From positions 1,408,001 to 1,472,000 of the forward strand of contig OY820579.1 in assembly GCA_963681965.1 (NCBI GenBank): 64,000 nucleotides of DNA, in the 5' to 3' direction. Numbering within the stretch: the first letter of the stretch is position 1; each line of letters opens with the position of its first letter. Positions 26,313 to 35,901 of the stretch are shown here, piece after piece. The DNA is from a bacterium. Lineage in GTDB: Bacteria; Electryoneota; JAOADG01. Under the pieces are notes generated by a model. The model was not told where the DNA came from, did no database searches, and saw nothing but the letters and a program-made list of their open reading frames with translations. The position numbers were made by a program, and so were the translations under genes.

Positions 26313-27080
26313 TTACCGCTCGAGCATTACAGCATACCCGCCATTCGTCGTGATCGGTAGCGGATTATTGTCGTACGCAGCACCGACACCCCCGACTTCA
26401 ATCCAACCACTCGGGCGTAGTGTCTGCGGTGTCAAACCAGTAAAGGCAAAGAAGCCCCACGAATTCGTCGTAGTGGTTTGCAATACCACTTCGGCGGCAT
26501 TCAAACATCGTACCGTTACACCAGACACACCGATCCTGCGTGTCATGGCATTCTCATTATAGTCGGCACACACTCCGGCAATCTTCACATCGCTACCCAT
26601 CCGGGTATAAGCACTGTACGTAATCAAATTCGTCGAGGATCGACTCGCGGCAATCATCACACCATTGCTGTTGCTAAGGGTAATAGTCTGTTCTTGTGAA
26701 TCGCCGACACGAAACGTATCAGGACTAGCACCTGATTGATAGACTGTATCGACCGTCATATGTAAAGTCGGTGGATTGTAATGTCCGTGTCCAGCCATAC
26801 GCAACGTAATGACACCATTCGTTTTGTGCTCATACACATAATAGCCGCTGGAGTCGATTCGAAGATAAGCTGAATCCGCAGAAAAAGCGGAAACGGTATA
26901 GTTTGACGTTCCGGAAACTTGCTGCGCCCACACGGCATGTCGCCAATTACCAACTAAATCGTTGCTGGACTGCGTGCTAGATGGATTACTGGAGCTGTCG
27001 GAAGAACAGCTCAACATCGTTATACTCATCAGAATTCCGATGATACTAATTAGAAGAAAACGTGACATCGAATACCTCAA
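26313..27080 (-). CDS. putative lipoprotein (lipocalin-like plus carboxypeptidase-regulatory-like domains)
   Basis: Lipobox MLSC, Ser-rich linker, LVGNW, TTTNSWGFFAFTGL. Confidence 0.6.
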   Translation of the reverse strand: MRYSMSRFLLISIIGILMSITMLSCSSDSSSNPSSTQSSNDLVGNWRHAVWAQQVSGTSNYTVSAFSADSAYLRIDSSGYYVYEHKTNGVITLRMAGHGHYNPPTLHMTVDTVYQSGASPDTFRVGDSQEQTITLSNSNGVMIAASRSSTNLITYSAYTRMGSDVKIAGVCADYNENAMTRRIGVSGVTVRCLNAAEVVLQTTTTNSWGFFAFTGLTPQTLRPSGWIEVGGVGAAYDNNPLPITTNGGYAVMLER

Positions 27081-27171
27081 TTTTATGAATCACTATATCA
27101 ATAGTACGAGAATACGGATGAATACTCGATTTCAAAATAATAATCTGGTACTATTGTAAATAATCAGTGAT

Positions 27172-28320
27172 TTACTTCACTCTTAAAAATTCACCCACTT
27201 TTCGGTTTTGTAGATCGGTAAATTTGGGTATTCCGGTGACAATTAATGGTCGATCGGGAACCGTTTCCGTCCAAGCTGCGATATAGGCATTGATTGCCGA
27301 CAAATGTCGACCGCACCGTGTTTCCAACGAAATCCCGGTTTCCGGGTAATCCACTTTGAGCAATCCTGTTGCTACCGCTTTGAAATAGGCAGCATCGGCT
27401 CCTTGAACAATCATTTCATTCGTTGTTTTCCCGCGAAGCCGCCCTTGTGCCACATTCGCCGTCTCTACCAGAATCGGCTTCGTATTGGTATGATCGCCCA
27501 ATTCGCGATGCGACAGTCCACGCAACTTCTGTGGCGACGGCTCGAAACTGTATTTCAGATCTTCCCCATCCAATTCCATCAGAGCTGTCGATGCTAACTC
27601 CATCGAATTCTCGTGTGCAATCAGAGCATTGATCACCGGATATTCTAGCGACGCTTCGTGCATGTCGATCGTCAGATCGATCTTTTCTGCCATAACCATC
27701 GCTGTTATTCCTGCCGTTACCCGTTCGGTAAACAATCCACAACTATCACCGGGAAAGCAGCGATTCAAATTTCGCAGATCTTTACCTGATAACAATTGAC
27801 CACTCGGCACGTGTGGTTTTACATCCGGTGTCGGCCACTGATCCAGCATATTCGTCAAGCGCGAGCCGAACTGCACATGAATTGTTTTGCCGTCCGCCAC
27901 CGGCAACGTGTAAAAGGGTGGGTGTCCTTCACCAGGTTCAGTAGTCGAAAATCCGGAAGCATTCGCGCGCGGGATAATAAAAAGTCGACCCCGTTCCATC
28001 TTCGCAGTCGATAACGCCACCATCGCCGAAACATGTCCTGCCGGTTCATCGGGATGAGTGCCGCCAAGTAGCAATAACGATCCGCTATTTTCAGCAGTAG
28101 CACCTTCTGCAGCGAGAATGTATACTTCCGTATCGCCGCGCGTACCTTTCAGCCACGGTGCCCATTCCGACAACAAATGAAATTTAGCGTTGGCGGGAAT
28201 CGCGATCGGTAATGAATGCTCGGCGCGTTGCCGATAAAGCGGAACGCCCCCAAGCACCGCTAGTGCCAGCGCCATCGTCAGCCAGAAGAGACCTTCCCAG
28301 TGATGCCAAAACTTGTTCAT
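27172..28320 (-). CDS. succinylglutamate desuccinylase/aspartoacylase (M14-like) family deacylase
   Basis: GGTHPDEPAG, NLNRCFPG, IDMHEASLEYP; N-terminal TM segment. Confidence 0.82.
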   Translation of the reverse strand: MNKFWHHWEGLFWLTMALALAVLGGVPLYRQRAEHSLPIAIPANAKFHLLSEWAPWLKGTRGDTEVYILAAEGATAENSGSLLLLGGTHPDEPAGHVSAMVALSTAKMERGRLFIIPRANASGFSTTEPGEGHPPFYTLPVADGKTIHVQFGSRLTNMLDQWPTPDVKPHVPSGQLLSGKDLRNLNRCFPGDSCGLFTERVTAGITAMVMAEKIDLTIDMHEASLEYPVINALIAHENSMELASTALMELDGEDLKYSFEPSPQKLRGLSHRELGDHTNTKPILVETANVAQGRLRGKTTNEMIVQGADAAYFKAVATGLLKVDYPETGISLETRCGRHLSAINAYIAAWTETVPDRPLIVTGIPKFTDLQNRKVGEFLRVK

Positions 28321-28499
28321 TTTACACCCAACAAGCGAAGCAACAATGGTACCAAAACTAGCGCTGCAACTAATTTTTCCTGAGGAAGTGCCGAACGTAG
28401 CGGGTTACCCGCAATCGGTTTGCGCAGCAATGACCACACTACCGCTATTAATAGTAAAGCAGTAAATCCGTAATAGACATAGTAAAGAAATTGGTACAT
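28317..28499 (-). CDS. small two-TM membrane protein
   Basis: 60 aa, two hydrophobic segments, overlaps the deacylase start. Confidence 0.65.
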   Translation of the reverse strand: MYQFLYYVYYGFTALLLIAVVWSLLRKPIAGNPLRSALPQEKLVAALVLVPLLLRLLGVK

Positions 28500-28514
28500 G
28501 TTTCAATTTTACCG

Positions 28515-29789
28515 TTAATTCATACCCAATAATCCGGTGACAAATTTTGCATTCCACAAAATCACCAGCGCCCACCCGACTCCGATAATGAGCCACGGTA
28601 GTGCCGGTTTCAATAATGTTAAGTAGTTCTTTTCGCCGACAATTTCCGCCGCAAACGTTCCCGCCAATGCTGTTGGCGGCATCATATCACCTAGACCAGC
28701 ATACAACGATAGCGCAGCGCCGACGACGATTTCATTGCCGCCCAGCATCGCTAATAAAATCGGAACACCGAGTACTGTTGCCGAGCCAAATGCCGATAGC
28801 GCACCGAAAAGCGGCATTACGATTGCTGCTGCTAAGGGGAGTAATGGTTTCGGTAAGAGCAACGTTGAAACAACCAGATCGCCACGTCCGCCAATCAACG
28901 CCAATGCTTGCAAAAATGTCCCGATACCAACCAGAATTGCCGCAACCGGTAAGGTTGATCGATATGCTAAAATTGCGGCTGCAAGTTTCCGTTGTTTCGG
29001 AACAAACGGCAGTGTCAGTGTCGTACCGAGTAAGAACAGCGCCGGAATTCCGGGATCGCGAACCATATTTGGAATAAACCGAATGACCATCAACAGTGTA
29101 ATCACAATGACGAGTGGCAATAGCGCAAATAACTTCGTCGCTGATACCGGTTCCGTGTACTTCTCAAGGTGCAATGTTCCTTGCGCTTTGAGTGTCCGGC
29201 GTAACGCCGGGTATGCCATCCCGAAGGCGGTGATCAGAGCTGGTGGAATCGTCAATAGCAATAATGGTTTATCGAAACCAAGGAACGGCATATCGACGCC
29301 GTTGGCGAGCATCATGACCGGAAGATTAATCGGAGGTGCAATCATGCCGTAGATTGCGAGGAGCGCAATCAGTGCTCCGGTTTTTCGTCGTTCGACACCA
29401 AGATCGATCAGTAGCGGAGCGGTCAATGCACCGGTTGTCAAGACTGCGGAACTACTGAGACCGGTAACTGCCCCCGGCATCAGGAGAAAAAAAGTAACGG
29501 CGACAATAAATGCCGCTGGTGAGCGCGAGGTTCCACGCAATAGCAAACTGCGCAATGTTCGTAATGCGCCCGCTTCTTCCAGCATCCGCAAAAATAGCAG
29601 TGCCGCTGCTACGATCAGTAGCGGATCGATAAAAACGAACATTCCTTCAACTAAATCGCGCCAAGGGAGACCGTAGCCACCGATCAGACATCCTGCCACA
29701 CCGGCAAGAAACAGCGCAATACCGCGAGGTAATTTTACTGCGAACGACAACACGCCGAAAATGGCGATCATGACAAGTAAGTAGATCAT
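28515..29789 (-). CDS. TRAP large-permease-like (DctM/IT superfamily) transporter
   Basis: About 11 TM segments, GMIAPPINLP, LGDMMPPTALAG. Confidence 0.75.
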   Translation of the reverse strand: MIYLLVMIAIFGVLSFAVKLPRGIALFLAGVAGCLIGGYGLPWRDLVEGMFVFIDPLLIVAAALLFLRMLEEAGALRTLRSLLLRGTSRSPAAFIVAVTFFLLMPGAVTGLSSSAVLTTGALTAPLLIDLGVERRKTGALIALLAIYGMIAPPINLPVMMLANGVDMPFLGFDKPLLLLTIPPALITAFGMAYPALRRTLKAQGTLHLEKYTEPVSATKLFALLPLVIVITLLMVIRFIPNMVRDPGIPALFLLGTTLTLPFVPKQRKLAAAILAYRSTLPVAAILVGIGTFLQALALIGGRGDLVVSTLLLPKPLLPLAAAIVMPLFGALSAFGSATVLGVPILLAMLGGNEIVVGAALSLYAGLGDMMPPTALAGTFAAEIVGEKNYLTLLKPALPWLIIGVGWALVILWNAKFVTGLLGMN

Positions 29790-29956
29790 GCGATAACGAA
29801 TCTTTCGATGATTGCTGCGATTTTACAGCTAAAAGGTACGCTGTAAATAGGTTAAGGCAAAATCGATTTACTTTTACACTTGGTTGAAAACGGTTGGACT
29901 TTCGACGTGCGACAAATTACCTTGGGAGCACGTGAGTTGTAGTAAAATTAGGAAAG

Positions 29957-30385
29957 TTGGAAATGGTCATCGATTTATCGGCATTACAAACAGCGGTGGG
30001 ATCGTTAGAGCGAGCGCTAACTGTCAAGCACAACAAAGCTTTTATGGAAAAGCTTTCCCCTGCTGAAGCCGAGACGATAAACTACGGTGTGATACTCTGT
30101 TTCGAGTTTACGTTCGATTTATGCGGTAAATTTCAAAAACGCTGGATGGATGTTCACTTTGGATCAGCCAGTACCGAAGGGATTCTTCGGAAGGAATTCT
30201 ATCGCCGTTGTGCTGAAAAAGGTTTGAATATCGACGTAAAACGCTGGATGGAATTCTACGAGGCGAGGAGCGCTACCGGACACACTTTTGATCAGGCAAA
30301 TGCAGAAGCAATTGCCAATGTCGCGACCCGATTCTATACCGATGCGCGGCGATTTCTGATTTCGATCGTAGCCGCAAATAAATGA
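29957..30385 (+). CDS. HEPN-domain nucleotidyltransferase substrate-binding protein (HI0074 family)
   Basis: GVILCFEFTFDL, W...EARSATGHTFD (R-X4-H). Confidence 0.8.
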   Translation: MEMVIDLSALQTAVGSLERALTVKHNKAFMEKLSPAEAETINYGVILCFEFTFDLCGKFQKRWMDVHFGSASTEGILRKEFYRRCAEKGLNIDVKRWMEFYEARSATGHTFDQANAEAIANVATRFYTDARRFLISIVAANK

Positions 30386-30461
30386 ACGTCGGTTTCCCTT
30401 TATCACCTTATCATATTTGAATTCAACCACCATAAATCAAACTCAATGCCGAGATACTTAT

Positions 30462-30947
30462 ATGACAATTGATACTGAATCAAACCGAATGTTTCTCCGT
30501 CATATTCTTGCCACGATTGCCTATCGGATCCGGAAACCACTCACCAATATTCCAGACAGTTATCCCGGGTACCGTGTCGGCGAGCAATCGATGACGCCAC
30601 TCGAATTGTTTTCGCATCTAGCTGACCTCTTTGAATGGGCACTATCGATGGCTCGTGGAGAGAACAAGTGGGAATTTAACAAACCGCAATCGTGGGAAGT
30701 GGAAGTAGAACGATTCTATTCGGCACTAAAGAATCTTGACGACTATCTGGCTTCCTCGGAAATAGTGCACTGCTCGCTGGAACGACTTTTTCAGGGACCG
30801 ATTGCCGATTCGATGACACATGTCGGACAACTCGCAATGCTTCGCCGGCTTGCAGGATCGCCAATTCGCGGTGAGAATTATTTCGTCGCCGATATTGAAG
30901 TGGGTTCGGTAGGAAAAGACCAAAAGAAGGCGGTGAGGGAGTTTTAG
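30462..30947 (+). CDS. DinB/YfiT-like helical bundle protein
   Basis: RHILATIAYR, TPLELFSH, QGPIADSMTHVGQLAMLRRLAG. Confidence 0.65.
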   Translation: MTIDTESNRMFLRHILATIAYRIRKPLTNIPDSYPGYRVGEQSMTPLELFSHLADLFEWALSMARGENKWEFNKPQSWEVEVERFYSALKNLDDYLASSEIVHCSLERLFQGPIADSMTHVGQLAMLRRLAGSPIRGENYFVADIEVGSVGKDQKKAVREF

Positions 30948-30992
30948 GAGATAATCTACCCACTTTGTGGTGTTATGAAATTTAGAGTTATT

Positions 30993-32294
30993 CTATACTT
31001 TTCTGTTAATTAAGTTCGACATTAAATACTTAACATTCTCTATCGACGGATTAAAAAAATTCATACGTTGTAGGATATACTCAGCAATTTCTGAAGCATT
31101 GTCGATTGGCAATATTCTCCAATTCGCGATGCTTTTGCTTGCATTATACTCAATATCATTTTCCGATGAAGAAAATCTTGTCATTCGAGAGAACCCAAGA
31201 TTCGAGCTAGTTTTAAGAAATTTATCTTTTACTCCTTTCAAAGCAAATTGTAACGAGACTTCTTGTTCGATATTTTCAAACTTCTCGAAAAATTGATTTA
31301 ATAACAAAAGACACTCGATTGCTGAGTATGCAATAATTTCGTAAGAGATATACTTTTCTTCAATGCCTTTCAAATCGCAATACCTATCTTCCCACAGTTC
31401 TTCAATGATATAAATTAAACCAGATTCTTCCAGTTCCCAAAATTGAATACCCGCACCAAATAAATCATCTTCTCGCGAAATTATAACACTCCTGATTCCC
31501 TTTTTTACAGCCTTCACTAAATTGGTGTCAAATTTGTTACAAAAAAGCATCGGCCACCCTCTATACTCGACACTGATTTGCTGCGCCAATTCGGTCAATT
31601 CCTTAATTTGGTATCTTCTCTCAACATATTGACTTGGATAGATGATTATTTCTCTATAGCTTCGATTCCTATTTTTATAGGGATTCACGTTGTCAAAATC
31701 AGCTCTTAGTCTCTCAATGTCCTTTAAATATCGATCTTCAGGTTCTGTTGGTAAACTAGTTATGCCATGTTTTAATATCGAAGAAAACATTGAAACTAAT
31801 TGATTCGATCTGTTTCGAATAGCTTTTTCAATAAGCTCAGAAAAATCTTTTGTGGAAACGATTTCAATCGATTCGTTGTTATCAGAACGGATGTATAATG
31901 CCGCTTTTCGAAGAATGTTGGGAAATTCGGACTTGCAAAGATGAGGCGTTGATTTGAACTGTGGAATCTGCAATATTCCAAAAAATTTCTCATTTTCATT
32001 TTGTATTTTGAAATACGTGTTAATTGGAGGCTCAGAGTACTTTTGAAGAAATTGGTTTATTTTAGTTGTATCGAAAGTTTTCAGTTGATCTGGACTTAAA
32101 CCCTCCCAATTATAGGTCTTATTTTCATTTTCACTGACTCCAAAAACAATTATTCCACCGTTAGTGTTTGCCATTGCAAGAACATCTTTAACTAACTTAC
32201 ATCGCTCTTCTTTGTTACTGTCATCCCAAGACATCGGTCCTTTGTAGTCGAATTCTTTTGTTTCATAACCATGCCGTATGTTAATTGTGTCCAT
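30993..32294 (-). CDS. Schlafen AlbA_2-domain protein
   Basis: ETKEFDYK...KDVLAMANTNGGIIVFGVSE; AT-rich; unknown C-terminal domain. Confidence 0.82.
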   Translation of the reverse strand: MDTINIRHGYETKEFDYKGPMSWDDSNKEERCKLVKDVLAMANTNGGIIVFGVSENENKTYNWEGLSPDQLKTFDTTKINQFLQKYSEPPINTYFKIQNENEKFFGILQIPQFKSTPHLCKSEFPNILRKAALYIRSDNNESIEIVSTKDFSELIEKAIRNRSNQLVSMFSSILKHGITSLPTEPEDRYLKDIERLRADFDNVNPYKNRNRSYREIIIYPSQYVERRYQIKELTELAQQISVEYRGWPMLFCNKFDTNLVKAVKKGIRSVIISREDDLFGAGIQFWELEESGLIYIIEELWEDRYCDLKGIEEKYISYEIIAYSAIECLLLLNQFFEKFENIEQEVSLQFALKGVKDKFLKTSSNLGFSRMTRFSSSENDIEYNASKSIANWRILPIDNASEIAEYILQRMNFFNPSIENVKYLMSNLINRKV

Positions 32295-32477
32295 TCTATC
32301 CTCTCAAATTTTCGAATTATCAGTGAACATATAGAAACAAAATATAACAACAATAGATACAAATCAACGTTATTATGTAATTTGCTTCATTTTTCAGTCA
32401 AGCAAAGTATTTCTTGCTAGCGTCATTACTCATATATAAATTGCTGATGGGTAAATTTCTGATAACAAAGGTCGCTA

Positions 32478-32735
32478 ATGCAGAAAGAAAAACTGTTCAA
32501 GCGGATTCTGAAACACCCAGTAAACGTGTCGTTTGCCGATTTCGTACTTATTGTGGAGGCTTTTGGGTTTCAGTTGTCACGCATTAGTGGAAGTCACCAT
32601 ATTTTCAAACATGCAAGTATTCCTGAATTAATCAATATTCAGGATGTTGACGGGCAGGTGAAGCCCTATCAAGTAAGACAATTTCTTTCGTTAGTCGAGC
32701 GTTATTCGCTGAAGATGCAACGGGAGGTACAATGA
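32478..32735 (+). CDS. hicA: HicA-family toxin
   Basis: FGFQLSRISGSHHIFKH, KPYQVRQ. Confidence 0.88.
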   Translation: MQKEKLFKRILKHPVNVSFADFVLIVEAFGFQLSRISGSHHIFKHASIPELINIQDVDGQVKPYQVRQFLSLVERYSLKMQREVQ

Positions 32736-32953
32736 CCGATTACCACATTAACATCTTCTATAGTCAAGAAGATGAAGGGTATGTTGCCGATATTCCCGAT
32801 TTGCGATTCTGCTCGGCATTCGGTCATACACCTGAAGAAGCATTACAACAGATTTTGATTGCGAAAACCGCGTGGCTGGAAGCCGCGAAAGCGGAAAATC
32901 GACCCATCCCGCGCCCCAGTTATCGCCCGGCGATTTATCAGACGGCGATCTGA
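32732..32953 (+). CDS. hicB: HicB-family antitoxin (short form)
   Basis: EDEGYVADIPDLRFCSAFGHTPEEAL...IPRP; ATGA overlap with hicA. Confidence 0.88.
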   Translation: MTDYHINIFYSQEDEGYVADIPDLRFCSAFGHTPEEALQQILIAKTAWLEAAKAENRPIPRPSYRPAIYQTAI

Positions 32954-32962
32954 CCCGAATAT

Positions 32963-35545
32963 TCAATAAAAACAACACTGGCGCAAACCATCGGTCTGCG
33001 CCAGTAAATTGTAATGAATGTAATGATGACTATTTGGCGGGTTCGTATTGATGCCGCCACGCTTCGAGAACAGGATCGCCCCTGTCAACACTGCCAGCGC
33101 GAATGCCACAACCACCCACTTCATCGGGCTGTCCTGCATCATCACACAAGTCGGTGCAACCAGAATTGCGACTAAGTTCATCACCTTGATCATCGGGTTC
33201 AATGCCGGACCAGCCGTATCCTTTAACGGATCGCCTACCGTATCGCCAATGACGCCAGCTTTGTGTGCTTCGGAACCTTTGCCGCCGAGGAAACCGTCTT
33301 CGATTTTCTTCTTGGCATTGTCCCACGCACCACCGGTATTCGACATGAACACCGCCATCAACTGACCGACCAAAATCGCACCAGCTAAGAAACCACCGAG
33401 TGAATAAGCGCCCAACCAGAAACCGACGAAAATCGGAGCAAACACTGCCAGCAAGCCCGGTCCAAGCAACTCTTTCTGAGCGGCTGCAGTGGAAATTTCC
33501 ACGCATCGCGCATAATTCGGCTTACCGTAATCGCCGACACCGGTATATTCCCAGATGCCCGGAATCGTCTTGAATTGGTGCCGCACTTCTTCTACCAACT
33601 GCACTGCTGCACGCGAAACGGCGCGAATGGCGAAGCTTGAGAACAGGAACGGAACGGCACCACCGATCAACAAGCCGATGAATACATCGGGCAGGTTGAC
33701 TTGAATGTTCTTCACCAAAATCGAGGGGTCTTTCACAGCGACGGTATCAAGGAACGAACGATACAACGCCACTGCCGCAATCACTGCTGTAGCGATGGCA
33801 AATCCCTTGGTGAGTGCTTTCGTGGTGTTACCAACCATATCCAATCGCGCGACGATGTTGTGTGCTGCCTTGTTTTCCGAACCGTCGGCATTCTTCAATG
33901 CGCCCGACATTTCGAAAATACCGTTCGCATTGTCCGAAATCGGTCCGTACGTATCCATCGCCAACACATAACCGGTCGTCGCCAACAAGCCGAGACCTGC
34001 CAATGCGACTGCGTAGGAAGCAAACGCCGGATCCGGGAACAAGATGAATGCGGCATAAATCGTACCGGCAATAGCGAGGATACCCCACACCGCCGATTCG
34101 AGACCTTCCGACAGACCTGCCAGAATTAATGTCGCGGCGCCGGTCTTAGCCGAAGAGGCAATTTCCGTTACCGGTTTCTTGTCGTCGGCAGTAAAGTATT
34201 CGGTAATTTTTCCAATAATCTGCGTCAGTACGATACCGAAGAATGTTGCCGCAAAAGCCAGGATCGAGAAATTATTGATCACTTCTGCAAGCTTCGGATC
34301 GGCACCAGCCGGAATTGCCGGTAGATTGCCGAACACCCAACTCGAGACCCCGAAAAAGCCGATTGTCGCAATAATCGAAGAGACATAGAAGCCGAAGTTA
34401 ATCGGTTTCATCGGATTCATCTTCGGATCGTCTTTACCGCGAACTGCCATCACACCGATAATCGATGCAAAGACACCGACGGCGCGGACGAGCAATGCGT
34501 AAATCACCAGTTTCAGTGTGAAGACGGAGGTAAACGATCCAACGCCAAGTACCGGACCGAAACCAGCATTTGCCAGTGTCTTGCCGACTGCCGCCGCGAG
34601 AATGATCGCAGCTACCAACGTTACTTCGTACGATTCGAATACGTCCGCTGCCATACCGGCACAGTCGCCAACGTTATCGCCGACGTTATCGGCAATGGTC
34701 GCTGCGTTGCGCGGATCGTCTTCGGGAATGCCAGCTTCCACTTTACCGACCAGGTCGGCACCAACGTCGGCTGCTTTCGTGAAAATACCGCCGCCAACGC
34801 GCATAAACAGCGCTGCGAGCGATCCACCGAACCCGAACCCGACCAACACGAACATTGCATTCTCTTGGAATACCATGAACGTAATTGTAGCACCCAACAG
34901 ACCGAGACCGACGGTAAACATACCCGATACGGCGCCGGCTTGGAATGCGGTTTCCAATGCGACTTTGAAGCTTGATAGTGCCGCATTCGCAACGCGCACA
35001 TTACCGCGCACTGCCACACCCATCCCGACATAACCGGCAAGATAGGACGCAGTCACACCGAGTAAAAAGGCGACGGCAACACCGAGAGCCAATTCATTCG
35101 ATTCATATTGATTCTGATACAGGAAAAAGAGCCCAATCCCCATAACAATCACTAGCGGTGCCATCGTCTTTACCTGACGTGCCAGATATGCCATCGCCCC
35201 TTCTTGGACGGCTTTGGCAACACCCTGCATCCGCTCGCTTCCGGGATTCTGCTTGATTGTCTTTTTCCACCAAAATACTCCAAATGCCAACGCCACTAGA
35301 GCTGAACCTAAAACGATGAACAAAGGCGCCCAGGCATCTTCGCCGAAGGGGAGCTGAATTGCTTCGCCACCATGTGCTTCGGGTTGTGCCGCTACCACCG
35401 CAGGTGGTTGTCCCGGCGTTTGCGCGAACAATTTCGGTCCCGCGAATAAGAAACCCAGCAGAGCAAGCGCAATTCCCGCGATGAACCATGTTTTCAAGGA
35501 TTGAAATCCCGTTTTACGGTGGTTAGGATTCCGGTTCGAAGTCAT
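32963..35545 (-). CDS. hppA: membrane-bound H+-translocating pyrophosphatase, K+-independent type
   Basis: GGIFTKAADVGADLVGKVEAGIPEDDPRN, IADNVGDNVGD, GNTTKA (Lys variant), GDTVGDPLKD; SD GGAGG before ATG 35545. Confidence 0.93.
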   Translation of the reverse strand: MTSNRNPNHRKTGFQSLKTWFIAGIALALLGFLFAGPKLFAQTPGQPPAVVAAQPEAHGGEAIQLPFGEDAWAPLFIVLGSALVALAFGVFWWKKTIKQNPGSERMQGVAKAVQEGAMAYLARQVKTMAPLVIVMGIGLFFLYQNQYESNELALGVAVAFLLGVTASYLAGYVGMGVAVRGNVRVANAALSSFKVALETAFQAGAVSGMFTVGLGLLGATITFMVFQENAMFVLVGFGFGGSLAALFMRVGGGIFTKAADVGADLVGKVEAGIPEDDPRNAATIADNVGDNVGDCAGMAADVFESYEVTLVAAIILAAAVGKTLANAGFGPVLGVGSFTSVFTLKLVIYALLVRAVGVFASIIGVMAVRGKDDPKMNPMKPINFGFYVSSIIATIGFFGVSSWVFGNLPAIPAGADPKLAEVINNFSILAFAATFFGIVLTQIIGKITEYFTADDKKPVTEIASSAKTGAATLILAGLSEGLESAVWGILAIAGTIYAAFILFPDPAFASYAVALAGLGLLATTGYVLAMDTYGPISDNANGIFEMSGALKNADGSENKAAHNIVARLDMVGNTTKALTKGFAIATAVIAAVALYRSFLDTVAVKDPSILVKNIQVNLPDVFIGLLIGGAVPFLFSSFAIRAVSRAAVQLVEEVRHQFKTIPGIWEYTGVGDYGKPNYARCVEISTAAAQKELLGPGLLAVFAPIFVGFWLGAYSLGGFLAGAILVGQLMAVFMSNTGGAWDNAKKKIEDGFLGGKGSEAHKAGVIGDTVGDPLKDTAGPALNPMIKVMNLVAILVAPTCVMMQDSPMKWVVVAFALAVLTGAILFSKRGGINTNPPNSHHYIHYNLLAQTDGLRQCCFY

Positions 35546-35901
35546 AAGGTTGTTGTTCCTCCATAATGTTAAGAATGTTGTCGATAGTAGCGAATTTCGC
35601 GTAATAATGCAAATCAAACGTTAACAATAACAGAGTTTAGGCGATTCTCCCACGATACAATACCCATAATATACTCGGTTATTTTACATATTTCTTGATA
35701 CGAGTAACGATCTCATCATGTTGAACACGATTCTCGTATACTCCCAGAGAGTTCGACAAACTACTTCGATTTTGCTAGATAAATATTATTTTCACAATAT
35801 GAATGAATTCCGCGAATCGCGATCAAAATGACTAGACGATTATGTCGATGGAAATCGATAATTTCATGATACCGTAATTGCAATAGAACTTCAACCGTAT
35901 A

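Noticed and set aside
29800-32960. Integron cassette array or prophage
   Set aside because: Mixed gene orientations, no integrase, no convincing attC sites and no phage genes.
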